A stretch of DNA of 20,000 nt from an uncultured virus (IMG/VR IMGVR_UViG_3300044675_001378) (Duplodnaviria > Heunggongvirae > Uroviricota > Caudoviricetes). The notes under the pieces were generated by a model. That model searched no databases. It worked only from the letters and a program-made list of their open reading frames with translations, and was not told the origin of the DNA. The position numbers were made by a program, and so were the translations under genes. Position 1 is the first letter of the stretch. The number at the start of each line of letters is the position of its first letter. The stretch lies in the IMG/VR virus record IMGVR_UViG_3300044675_001378; one strand, given 5' to 3'. Shown piece by piece: positions 1 through 7,641 of the stretch.

Positions 1-1
1 C

Positions 2-1621
2 GGCCATAGGCACGGAGATGGGCGCTGCTGCCTTGCTGTAAATCTTGCCAGCGAAGACGTAGGTATCGTCCTCTTGCCAGCCATAGTTTGATGGCACTTT
101 AACGGCTGCCTTACCGGTACTTGCTTGTTCCACGCATGCCCTCACATATTCAAAAAGGTTTTTGTCATTACCAGCGCCAAAGGAGGCGATGATGTTTTGT
201 TGAGCCAGTGCTTTGACTGTCTCGTCTTTGCTCACCACCGCTCTTTGCGGGATGGTGATTGTTGCTGGGCCTTCTGGCCGCAGCGCTAGCATGTGAACAG
301 TGTGTTCACCGCCGCTGTTCAGGATATCCACCACGAACAGATCGTATGGCAACAACATCACCTGCTTCTTGGTTGTTTTGCCGTCAGCATCTTCCATCGA
401 CTTTTCGGAAAACACGCCGCCCTTGCTGCCGTAGCCGAACCCACGCGGAGGCGTAGGACGCAGCAGTTTCTTGACCTCGGGCGCGATGCTAGGGCTTTCC
501 GATGGGATAACGATTTCGATTTCTTTCTCAGCCACGTCCATTTCAATCACACGGCCAAGCGCAAGCGGGTTGGTGATCTTGCCAAAGTGTTGACACCCGT
601 CACAGCCGCCCGGGTTCTCGCTCTCAAACTTCACGCACGGGTACGGCCCCTTGATCTGCGCCTGCTTTTCACGCATGCGCTGCTCGTCGTAGGGATGCAA
701 CCCACTGAGCCACGCCGCTGCACGCTCGCCGTCCGAACACTTCTGGGCAATGCTCAGCCAGCCACGCCACAAGGGCTCCATGCCGTCCTCTTCGGCGTTC
801 TCTACGAAGTGCTTGAGCTGAGCGCAGCCGGTGCCGTTCTTGGTCTTCAGGAAGATCGTGCCGAACTTGGTCGTGCTGTTCTCAAACAACTTGGCTCCGG
901 CCATCGTAGTCGGCACTGCTGGCGCTGCATCTGGGCGCTTCCCCGGCAGGCTCAACGCAGACGTTGCCGCTGCTGGAGCCGTCGTAGTTAGCTTGGCTGC
1001 AATGGCTTGGCTGATGGTGTCAAAGTTAAAGCGGTCGCCCTCGGTCAGCAGCTTGACTTGCTTAGGCTCCCCGTACTTCCACGAGCCATCCTCTTTGTTC
1101 TTCTTAAAGTTGAACGTGTTGGGGATCCGCAGCACCCGTGCAGCGTCTGCTGTCACAGTCATGTCGATGTTGAGCTTTTGCTGCTTGCACAGGCGCTTCA
1201 AGTTCTCGGCAGTGGGCTTCCACACAGCCACATCGATGTCTTCAGTGAACGGCCAGTAGCAGTGCAGCCCGCCGCCAGAGAACACGATCCACGGAGCGCC
1301 CAGCGCATCCAAGCCAGTTTCGGCAAGGAACGCACCGAGTGCCAGCGCAGCCTGCTTCTTGGAAGCGTAGCCGTCCATGTCGATGAACAGGGATTTGATG
1401 GAGCGAGCGTTCTCTGCCGTGCGCTTGCCCGATGTCTCGAACGATGCCAGTGCGAAGTAAACGTCCTGCTGTGCCTCGACCCAGTTGTCTACGGCAGGGT
1501 AAAAGTCTTCCAGATTCTCGACATACCGGTGCTCTTTCTTTTTTGTGCTCAGTTCCGCCGCGCAGTACAACCCGTTATCCGGGGACGGCAAAACCACCGC
1601 AAGGAATTCAAGCGGGTTCAT
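2..1621 (-). CDS. Primase/replication protein: N-terminal AEP (RepB-like) primase, Cys-containing primase C-terminal region, probable DUF927 region; 3' end runs off the window
   Basis: Absent from the ORF track (no stop within the window). Manual translation from ATG at 1621 (SD AAGGA): MNPLEFLAVVLPSPDNG...SLFIDMDG (AEP motif I DxD)...WIVFSGGGLHCYWP (motif II)...DAARVLRIP (motif III)...EPLWRGWLSIAQKC...GPYPCVKFESENPGGCDGC. Confidence 0.85.
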   Translation of the reverse strand, partial: MNPLEFLAVVLPSPDNGLYCAAELSTKKKEHRYVENLEDFYPAVDNWVEAQQDVYFALASFETSGKRTAENARSIKSLFIDMDGYASKKQAALALGAFLAETGLDALGAPWIVFSGGGLHCYWPFTEDIDVAVWKPTAENLKRLCKQQKLNIDMTVTADAARVLRIPNTFNFKKNKEDGSWKYGEPKQVKLLTEGDRFNFDTISQAIAAKLTTTAPAAATSALSLPGKRPDAAPAVPTTMAGAKLFENSTTKFGTIFLKTKNGTGCAQLKHFVENAEEDGMEPLWRGWLSIAQKCSDGERAAAWLSGLHPYDEQRMREKQAQIKGPYPCVKFESENPGGCDGCQHFGKITNPLALGRVIEMDVAEKEIEIVIPSESPSIAPEVKKLLRPTPPRGFGYGSKGGVFSEKSMEDADGKTTKKQVMLLPYDLFVVDILNSGGEHTVHMLALRPEGPATITIPQRAVVSKDETVKALAQQNIIASFGAGNDKNLFEYVRACVEQASTGKAAVKVPSNYGWQEDDTYVFAGKIYSKAAAPISVPMA

Positions 1622-1636
1622 TAGCGTCCTTGGGGT

Positions 1637-1819
1637 TTACGCGAACAGGTCGAGTTGCTTTTCGTCGCGGACGGGGTATTCGTTGATAACGGCGAGGCGG
1701 CAGAAGCGGGAGTACAACTCAAACTGAACGTCGAGCGGGAAGCCCTCTGCTGTCCAGATGTTGTCGCAGTGCAAGATCAACTCGCGGTTGCTCAGGCTTG
1801 AAGGTTGTAGTGTTGACAT
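1637..1819 (-). CDS. Small hypothetical protein (60 aa, MSTLQPSSLSNRELI...QLDLFA)
   Basis: Internal ATG at 1819 of ORF 1637..1999, preceded by GGA; fills the gap between the HTH and primase genes and overlaps the end of the HTH gene. Confidence 0.7.
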   Translation of the reverse strand: MSTLQPSSLSNRELILHCDNIWTAEGFPLDVQFELYSRFCRLAVINEYPVRDEKQLDLFA

Positions 1820-2070
1820 ATTTTTTTCCATGCCTCGTCGGCAGAGCGTGAAGTTTGAAGGAATTTGAGCAGCGTTTCTACGCGGTGCTCGTACGCAGGA
1901 AAGATGTCTCCGCCTGCGAACCAGTTGTATGCGGTCTGGCGTGTAACGCCTAGCGCTTTGGAGATGCGAACGACAGAGAAGTCGTGGTGAACTGCCCAAC
2001 GTCCGAGCTGATTGCCCGGAGTCTTCGGCGCACGCATAACCATGTCGATTGTTTTTTGTGAGTAAGCCAT
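1792..2070 (-). CDS. Cro/XRE-like helix-turn-helix DNA-binding protein
   Basis: SVVRISKALGVTRQTAYNWFAG matches the HTH pattern (A/S-x-x-LGV-S/T-R-Q-T-x-Y-x-W); lies upstream of the primase. Confidence 0.8.
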   Translation of the reverse strand: MAYSQKTIDMVMRAPKTPGNQLGRWAVHHDFSVVRISKALGVTRQTAYNWFAGGDIFPAYEHRVETLLKFLQTSRSADEAWKKICQHYNLQA

Positions 2071-2080
2071 AGTGTTCTTA

Positions 2081-2179
2081 AAGGTGGGGGTACTCGCTGC
2101 GTCTGTGCCTTACTGGTTATTGCCACAATTCCCTGTTACGGGTCAGAGGCATCACAGCATCCGCTTTCCCCCCGAAACT
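2081..2179 (-). ncRNA. Putative structured cis-RNA element, copy A
   Basis: Minus strand AGTTTCGGGGGGAAAGCGG...AGTACCCCCACCTT. Basal GGGGG/CCCCC stem with GAA/AGUA internal loop; inner CUG/CAG and UGCCU/AGGCA pairings. Termini are shared with 2778..2864. Confidence 0.5.
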
Positions 2180-2182
2180 TAC

Positions 2183-2467
2183 TTAGGTCTTGGCAGGGAA
2201 CAGTTGGGCCAGCACAGCCTCATACTGGGTCTTGCGGCGCTCCAGCAGCGCTACCTTGTCCAGCTTGTCCAACAGGCTCGGGAAGTTGATGTCTTCCTTG
2301 GCGCACTGCTCTTGGATGTCTGCCTCAAGGCGAATGAGTTCATCGTCCAGCTTGGCCATCTCTAGCTCAGCTTGGCTGCGAACCTTGCGTGCTCGGATGG
2401 GTGCCAGTGCTTCGGACAGTTTCTCCTTGGACATGGCGATGATTTCTGCGAATGGTTTGAGTTTCAT
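2183..2467 (-). CDS. Hypothetical coiled-coil protein (94 aa)
   Basis: SD GGAGA; start overlaps the upstream stop; helical, charged sequence. Confidence 0.8.
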   Translation of the reverse strand: MKLKPFAEIIAMSKEKLSEALAPIRARKVRSQAELEMAKLDDELIRLEADIQEQCAKEDINFPSLLDKLDKVALLERRKTQYEAVLAQLFPAKT

Positions 2468-2763
2468 AATGTTTCTCCTGTGAGTAAAAGTTTGTTGTCT
2501 GGTTTGTTGAGGAATGCCAACGGGCTTTTTGGATCGTGTTTTGGTTTTTGGCTCTGTTCCTGACTCATCTGACCGAAAAGTGCTTGGCCTCCCTGTATGT
2601 GCCCGAAGCCTTGTTGCACGTACATCTGCTGCTGCTGTATGAGTCGGCGGTAGTCTTCCTCTTTCATGTGGCGAAGCTGCATCTCACGCTCGTGCTCGTA
2701 CCTCTCTCGCTCAAGATATACGTCACGGTTGGCATCGTAAAGCTGGTTCGTTGTTACTGCCAT
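2464..2763 (-). CDS. Hypothetical Gln-rich protein (99 aa)
   Basis: SD AAGGAG before ATG; coupled to the downstream gene. Confidence 0.75.
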   Translation of the reverse strand: MAVTTNQLYDANRDVYLERERYEHEREMQLRHMKEEDYRRLIQQQQMYVQQGFGHIQGGQALFGQMSQEQSQKPKHDPKSPLAFLNKPDNKLLLTGETL

Positions 2764-2777
2764 GTCTTTCTCCTTGT

Positions 2778-2864
2778 AAGGTGGGGGTACTGACGGTGCT
2801 CTCCTTGTGACGGCACCAGTTTATTGGTAGAGAGCGAGGCGACTCCCGCGTTCCCCCCGAAACT
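2778..2864 (-). ncRNA. Putative structured cis-RNA element, copy B
   Basis: Minus strand AGTTTCGGGGGGAACGCGG...CCGTCAGTACCCCCACCTT. Same basal stem and GAA/AGUA loop as copy A; inner GCGG/CCGU and GCUCUC/GAGAGC stems. Confidence 0.5.
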
Positions 2865-2866
2865 AA

Positions 2867-3838
2867 TTATTCGTCATCCCAGTCGGCAACGACATCGGCC
2901 AGCGCTTTCTTGCCGGGCACAGCCGTTGGCTTTGCCGCTGCTGCCTTCTTCACGACTGGCTCTTCGTCTTCCTCGGGCGCTTCGACCACTGGGGCTGGCT
3001 TGGCCTTGGCTTTAGCCTTGGGGGCTGGTGCGGGGGCTTCGTCTTCCTCGGGCTCTTCGACCACTGGTGCGGCCTTGGCCTTCGGCGCTGCACCCTTGAG
3101 CGCATCAGCAGGCTTGCCCATGTCCATACCAGTGGAGTCCATCGTGATGGCTTTCTTGGCTTCGGCGGTGTCGCCCTGCTTGGTGGCTTCAGCGAACTCG
3201 TCATCAGTCAACCAGCGCATGGCCTTGAAGAACAGCTTGGGGGACTCGCTGGCAGTGTCGAACTTCATGCGGGTCACAACAGTGCTCGGGTCAACGCCTT
3301 GGGCCACGAGCCAGCGTGCGTACGCTTGCAGTGGGCGGTTGTCGCCTTCGTCCTTACCGAAGATCGAGGTGGCTGGCAGGGATAACTGCATCACATCGCC
3401 TTCGATGTTGTTGGCCAAGACGACTGCCAAGCGCTGCTGGTAACGGCAAGCGCGGGTATTGCCAGTACCGGAACCGGCCACGTTCTGTGGGCAGGCTGCG
3501 CAGGTGTCGGACTGTTTGTTCTTGCTATTGGAGTCTGGTGTGTCGCCATCGTTGGACTGACAGTCAGGTTTGGCGGCGGTTGCGTCCTTGTCGTACTTGG
3601 CGGCGTAGAACACACGGGCCACTTTCGGTGCGGCCTTGACGATCACCACATCGAGGAAGCGCTCATCGACTGCTGCGATTTCTTTGCCGTCAGAGATCAG
3701 ACGGAACACGCCACCTTTGATCGACACGCGTTTGCCGCTGGCACCACCACCCGCAAGGGCTTTGGCAATGTCAGACATCTCGGCCTTGCGTGCGAAGGCG
3801 GGTACTTGGGCGGGGTTAAACAGAGCTACATTACTCAT
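2867..3838 (-). CDS. Putative ssDNA-binding/recombination protein (323 aa)
   Basis: Beta-rich N-terminal domain with Cys cluster (PDCQSNDG...CAACPQN...RACR), Ala/Pro/Lys/Glu linker and acidic-aromatic tail (VADWDDE) typical of SSBs; located in the replication module. Confidence 0.6.
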   Translation of the reverse strand: MSNVALFNPAQVPAFARKAEMSDIAKALAGGGASGKRVSIKGGVFRLISDGKEIAAVDERFLDVVIVKAAPKVARVFYAAKYDKDATAAKPDCQSNDGDTPDSNSKNKQSDTCAACPQNVAGSGTGNTRACRYQQRLAVVLANNIEGDVMQLSLPATSIFGKDEGDNRPLQAYARWLVAQGVDPSTVVTRMKFDTASESPKLFFKAMRWLTDDEFAEATKQGDTAEAKKAITMDSTGMDMGKPADALKGAAPKAKAAPVVEEPEEDEAPAPAPKAKAKAKPAPVVEAPEEDEEPVVKKAAAAKPTAVPGKKALADVVADWDDE

Positions 3839-3849
3839 GGTCTTCTTTC

Positions 3850-4254
3850 TTACTTGCTTGGTTTGCGAACGGAAATATCGTACTCAGCGTTGGAGTTGAG
3901 TCCGGGTGGCAGAACGCCGGGGTTTTCTTCGAGGAACTGCTTCATGTTGGTCTGAGCAATTCGTTTCTCGAACAGGTCGAGCGCGTCATGCTGCGTCACA
4001 AAGGTCTTGAACGAGTCCCAGTCCGTTGTTGAGTAGCGTGTCTTGATCGACATGACAACAGTGCCTTGCGGCGTGTTGACGGATGTGACGCCAAGCGCTT
4101 GCATCTGGTCTTTCATTGCATGCTTGATGTCGTCTTGCGTAGCCTTGAGCAACTCCACTTTCGTGTCGTACTCTCTGGTCAGGGTTTCGATTTCGCTGCG
4201 AATCTTTCGGTAGACCTTCGCTAACTTGTCGAGTGGTATGACTGTTGTAGTCAT
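3850..4254 (-). CDS. Hypothetical phage protein (134 aa, N-terminal coiled coil)
   Basis: SD AGGAG; lies between the SNF2 helicase and SSB-like genes. Confidence 0.8.
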   Translation of the reverse strand: MTTTVIPLDKLAKVYRKIRSEIETLTREYDTKVELLKATQDDIKHAMKDQMQALGVTSVNTPQGTVVMSIKTRYSTTDWDSFKTFVTQHDALDLFEKRIAQTNMKQFLEENPGVLPPGLNSNAEYDISVRKPSK

Positions 4255-4274
4255 GGGCTTCTCCTATTTTTGTT

Positions 4275-4290
4275 TGTCTAAGGTTGGACA
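4275..4290. promoter_or_regulatory. Operator-like inverted repeat TGTCTA-AGGT-TGGACA
   Basis: Near-perfect palindrome abutting the -10 box; second copy at 14318..14333. Confidence 0.55.
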
Positions 4291-4317
4291 GTGTACACAG
4301 GTTTCTGGTCTTTGCAA
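4290..4317 (-). promoter_or_regulatory. Putative sigma70 promoter (TTGCAA-16 nt-TACACT)
   Basis: -35 at 4317-4312 and -10 at 4295-4290, in the intergenic gap upstream of the 134-aa gene. Confidence 0.5.
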
Positions 4318-4322
4318 CTCCT

Positions 4323-5885
4323 TTATTTTTTAATTTCCATGTTGAACATCTCAGTCAAAAGTGAGTGACTGCTTACATTACTTTGCAAGGCTTTGAACAT
4401 CTTCTTCTCGATGGGGCTACCCTCGATGTGAATGACCGTCACCTTGTCAGAGTTCTGACCCTTCCTGTCAGCGCGTGCAATGCACTGCACGTACTGCTCA
4501 ACAGACATCAACGGTCCGTAGAACACCACAGTGTCCGCAGCAGTTAGGGTAATCCCGTGTGCCGATGCCTGCGGTTGCATCACAAGGACTCGCGGGTTGG
4601 CTTCGGTTTGAAAGCGCTTGATGATGTCAGCACGCTTGGGCGCTGTAACGCCGCCGTGTATGCACTCCGCGCTGATGCCCTTCTTGAGCAGGTGCGTGTG
4701 CAGCGCGTCAATGCTGGAGCGGAACAGCGCGAAGATCAGAACCTTGCGGTCAGTCTCCTCAAGGATTTCTTCAATGACGCTAAGCCTTGGGCTGGCATCA
4801 AACTCTACTACCTCGTGGTCGTCCGTGTAGGCCGCACCACAACTGATCTGGAGCAGCTTGGACACGCTAGCTGCGGCATTGACCGCGCTGATTGTCTCCC
4901 CCGCCGCATGGATCATCATGCTGTCCTTGAGCAAGTTGTAGTACTTGGCCTGCTGCGGTGTGAGCGCCACTTCACGCGTCACGGTAACGACCGGTGGCAA
5001 GTCCAGACACTGCGCCTTGGTGAACCTGATGGCCGGTTGCAGCGCCTCATGCACGAGGTTCTTTGCGTCAGGCTTCGGTGCCCACTTGAACATGGTGATC
5101 TTGTTCATCACTTTGTCGCGCCATGCTGTGAAGAACTTCGGAACACCCTCCGGGTTCACCAGCTTGGCCAAGCCATACGCATCGACCGGAGACTGAGACG
5201 CAGGAGTTCCCGTCATCATCCACAAAAAAGTCTGGGGCTTGATGATTGTTGATAGGGACTTCCAGCGCTTGGTGCTCATGGTCTTGTACGCATTGGCCTC
5301 ATCAACGATGACCAGATCAAACTTGCCGTTGGCCACGATCTCACTGGCGATCAGGTTCAAGCCCTCGTAGTTGGTGATGACGATCTCGTAGTTCTTCTGG
5401 ATCATCTCGATGCGGCGCGATGCTTGCGGGTGGTGGGCAATGATGGCCGAGCGGTGGATGACGCTGTTGCTGATGTCTCCCATCCAAGCGGACTGCATGA
5501 TCGACAACGGGCACAGGATAAGCACGCGCCTGATCTCCCCACGCTGCATCAGATAGTCAGCCGCCCACAGCGCACTGAGCGTCTTGCCTGTGCCGGGTTC
5601 ACTGAACACGAACGCCTTGCGGTTAAGCGTCAGGAACGATGCCGTCTCGATCTGGTGCTCCATCGGCGTGTAGCGCCCGGGCCAGTCGTAGTTGCGTGTG
5701 ATTGGCGATGGCAAGTTCTTGACGCCGAGGTTCTTGAGAACTCTGACTTCATCCAACCCCCAGAAAACTGCTACCGAACTTGATCCGTCATCGTGCTCTT
5801 CAACTACCTTGCTTCTCGGAATTACCCGATACTTCTCAGGGCTGCGCGTACGCAAGAGCAGCGCCTTGTTCTCGATGATTTCCAT
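4323..5885 (-). CDS. SNF2-family (SF2) DNA helicase/ATPase
   Basis: Walker A EPGTGKT, motif Ia LILCPLSI, Walker B LVIVDEAN, motif III MTGTP, motif V HGITLTAAD, motif VI QCIARADRKGQ. Confidence 0.93.
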   Translation of the reverse strand: MEIIENKALLLRTRSPEKYRVIPRSKVVEEHDDGSSSVAVFWGLDEVRVLKNLGVKNLPSPITRNYDWPGRYTPMEHQIETASFLTLNRKAFVFSEPGTGKTLSALWAADYLMQRGEIRRVLILCPLSIMQSAWMGDISNSVIHRSAIIAHHPQASRRIEMIQKNYEIVITNYEGLNLIASEIVANGKFDLVIVDEANAYKTMSTKRWKSLSTIIKPQTFLWMMTGTPASQSPVDAYGLAKLVNPEGVPKFFTAWRDKVMNKITMFKWAPKPDAKNLVHEALQPAIRFTKAQCLDLPPVVTVTREVALTPQQAKYYNLLKDSMMIHAAGETISAVNAAASVSKLLQISCGAAYTDDHEVVEFDASPRLSVIEEILEETDRKVLIFALFRSSIDALHTHLLKKGISAECIHGGVTAPKRADIIKRFQTEANPRVLVMQPQASAHGITLTAADTVVFYGPLMSVEQYVQCIARADRKGQNSDKVTVIHIEGSPIEKKMFKALQSNVSSHSLLTEMFNMEIKK

Positions 5886-5900
5886 TGCTTCTCCATGTTC

Positions 5901-6134
5901 TTATTTGTTGTCGCCTTGATTGGCGCTCTTGCTGCGTAGTCGCGTGTTGCCCGGTATGGTCTTGCCACCTTTGCGCAGGGGCTTGATGTGGTCGATGTCC
6001 TTGCCTGCGCGGTCTACGCCCTTCTTGTCGTACGCCCGCCGTGCCTTCTGGCGTTCGTGTTGGTCTGAACTAGGGCCGGACTTGCCGGTTTCTAAATCGC
6101 GCTTGTACTCTTTCTTGTAGTCTCTGGTTGCCAT
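5901..6134 (-). CDS. Short HNH-type endonuclease (77 aa)
   Basis: DIDHIKPLRKGG...GNTRLRSKSANQG (H-N-N beta-beta-alpha pattern) with a basic N-terminus RDYKKEY. Confidence 0.75.
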   Translation of the reverse strand: MATRDYKKEYKRDLETGKSGPSSDQHERQKARRAYDKKGVDRAGKDIDHIKPLRKGGKTIPGNTRLRSKSANQGDNK

Positions 6135-6137
6135 GAT

Positions 6138-6806
6138 TTACCTCTTAGTGTTGAACTCGCAGCCAGCGCAGGGGCACCAGCCGCAGAGCGGGGTTCGTGT
6201 GGGGTTCCACACATTGTTTGCTACTGACGCCTCAATCTTAGCGACTCGCTCCCGATAGCGCCACCACTCAGCTTCGGCTTCGTCAACCGTCATGCTGTGC
6301 TTGACCATCGAGTTCTTGACCACAAACAAAAGCGCAGAGTTAACCTTGCGTATGTGCGGGAAGTGCTTGAACACCATCAATGACATGAGGCGTAGCTGGT
6401 CGCGGTCTGGGTACTTGTCGTTGCCCGTCTTGTAGTCCACGACCCACGCTGTCATGTTCTCGTCGTCGATGATGAGCAAGTCGGCAATACCCCGCGCCCA
6501 TGCGTCTTTGGACTTCCAATCGCACACCCGCAAGTCCTGAGTCAGCGCCATCTGAAGCTCGGCTATCTTGCGCCCGGGCTTGGCGAGCAGCGCATCGAGC
6601 GTGTCCTTGACGTACTCGAACTCAGGGGGGATGGGCGTGCCGTCAGCCACGTACTCTTCTGCGGCCTTGTGCAGTATCGTTCCGTAGCGCGTTGCCTCAG
6701 TCTCAACGAACGGGTACTTCTTGAGAATCTTGACTTCGTGGTAGCGGCGGGCGCAGCCCTCGTAGTCCTTGAGGGAGCTGTGGCTCCACGTTACTGGTTT
6801 GGTCAT
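6138..6806 (-). CDS. PD-(D/E)XK (RecB/Cas4-like) exonuclease
   Basis: WSHSSL..YEGC, GTILHKAAE, RGIADLL, VVDYKTG, QLRLM, and C-terminal LCGWCPCAGC cysteine cluster. Confidence 0.88.
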   Translation of the reverse strand: MTKPVTWSHSSLKDYEGCARRYHEVKILKKYPFVETEATRYGTILHKAAEEYVADGTPIPPEFEYVKDTLDALLAKPGRKIAELQMALTQDLRVCDWKSKDAWARGIADLLIIDDENMTAWVVDYKTGNDKYPDRDQLRLMSLMVFKHFPHIRKVNSALLFVVKNSMVKHSMTVDEAEAEWWRYRERVAKIEASVANNVWNPTRTPLCGWCPCAGCEFNTKR

Positions 6807-7124
6807 TCAAAATCTCGCTGAGTTAATGGCCTTGGTAAGCCGGTGTGCAAACTCGGTAACAAACTTCTCGTCTCGGTTCAGCGTGTCACGCCCCATGTCG
6901 TGCAGGATTGCGTGGGTTACTTCGTGCCAGAACGACTCCTGTACTTGCGTCGGTGCGAATGGTTTGTGCGTCACATTACTGCGCCTGCCCAGCTTGATTG
7001 TCTGCGCCGTGTAGCTGATGCGTCCCATGACTCTCTTCTCAAGCATGGCCTCCACGATCTCGATTGAATACTGCTTGTTACCCACGCGCACCTTGCGCGG
7101 TATGGGTGCTTTGATTACTGCCAT
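6807..7124 (-). CDS. Small HExxH zinc-metallopeptidase-like protein (105 aa)
   Basis: ESFWHEVTHAIL motif with downstream DEKFV; G-x-I/TIKL beta strands precede the motif. Confidence 0.65.
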   Translation of the reverse strand: MAVIKAPIPRKVRVGNKQYSIEIVEAMLEKRVMGRISYTAQTIKLGRRSNVTHKPFAPTQVQESFWHEVTHAILHDMGRDTLNRDEKFVTEFAHRLTKAINSARF

Positions 7125-7630
7125 TACTTCTCCTTGCTTTCTAAGAATTCTTTGAATAGCGCATCCAACCCACCCTTAGCAAAGGTGGCTGCGTCGGCCT
7201 CCCACTCGGCTTTCTCGGTTTCGTAGCGGCGCATAAACTCCTCCCACGAAATGGCGGGCTCTGGAATCGGCTCACCTTGTTCTCTTTCGTGCCAGTGTGC
7301 CATCACAAGCTCGACGTATTCTTTGTTCAGCCCGAACGCTTCGGCAACCGTTTGCCAAACACCGTCCGCCGCTTGTGCAGCCGTAGCCGTCAGAAGGCTG
7401 TCAATCGGGGAGCCCTCTTCAAAATCCTCGGGTTCATATAAACGCGCCGCAAAAAGTCGCGCTTCATCTCGCACTTCACACCAATGTCTCGGCCCTGCTT
7501 TGTCAAAGTAAACGTGCATTGCGTCTCCAATATCGACTTCGGCTTCGTCATCGTCGTACTCGTTTAGGCTCCAACGAATTATGGTTTCAAACACCTCGTC
7601 CTTATCTTGCTTGTGGTACGGTCTCTTCAT
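7124..7630 (-). CDS. Hypothetical acidic helical protein (168 aa)
   Basis: SD AAGGAG; stop overlaps the next start; no recognisable motif. Confidence 0.75.
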   Translation of the reverse strand: MKRPYHKQDKDEVFETIIRWSLNEYDDDEAEVDIGDAMHVYFDKAGPRHWCEVRDEARLFAARLYEPEDFEEGSPIDSLLTATAAQAADGVWQTVAEAFGLNKEYVELVMAHWHEREQGEPIPEPAISWEEFMRRYETEKAEWEADAATFAKGGLDALFKEFLESKEK

Positions 7631-7641
7631 CTGCTTCTCCT

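Noticed and set aside
259..1727. Long plus-strand ORFs (293..991, 831..1259, 1007..1624 and others)
   Set aside because: Antisense shadows of the primase gene, which has clear AEP motifs on the minus strand.
2081..2179. Structured element as a tRNA or known self-cleaving ribozyme
   Set aside because: No T-loop (TTCRA) in a cloverleaf context and no hammerhead CUGAnGA core; not assignable by eye.
5901..6134. HNH gene as a mobile homing endonuclease or intron ORF
   Set aside because: Only 77 aa with no extra DNA-binding domain; flanking genes are intact and no intron structure is evident.
6138..6806. Cas4-like nuclease as evidence of CRISPR-Cas
   Set aside because: No repeat-spacer array or other cas genes; stand-alone PD-(D/E)XK exonucleases are routine in phage replication modules.
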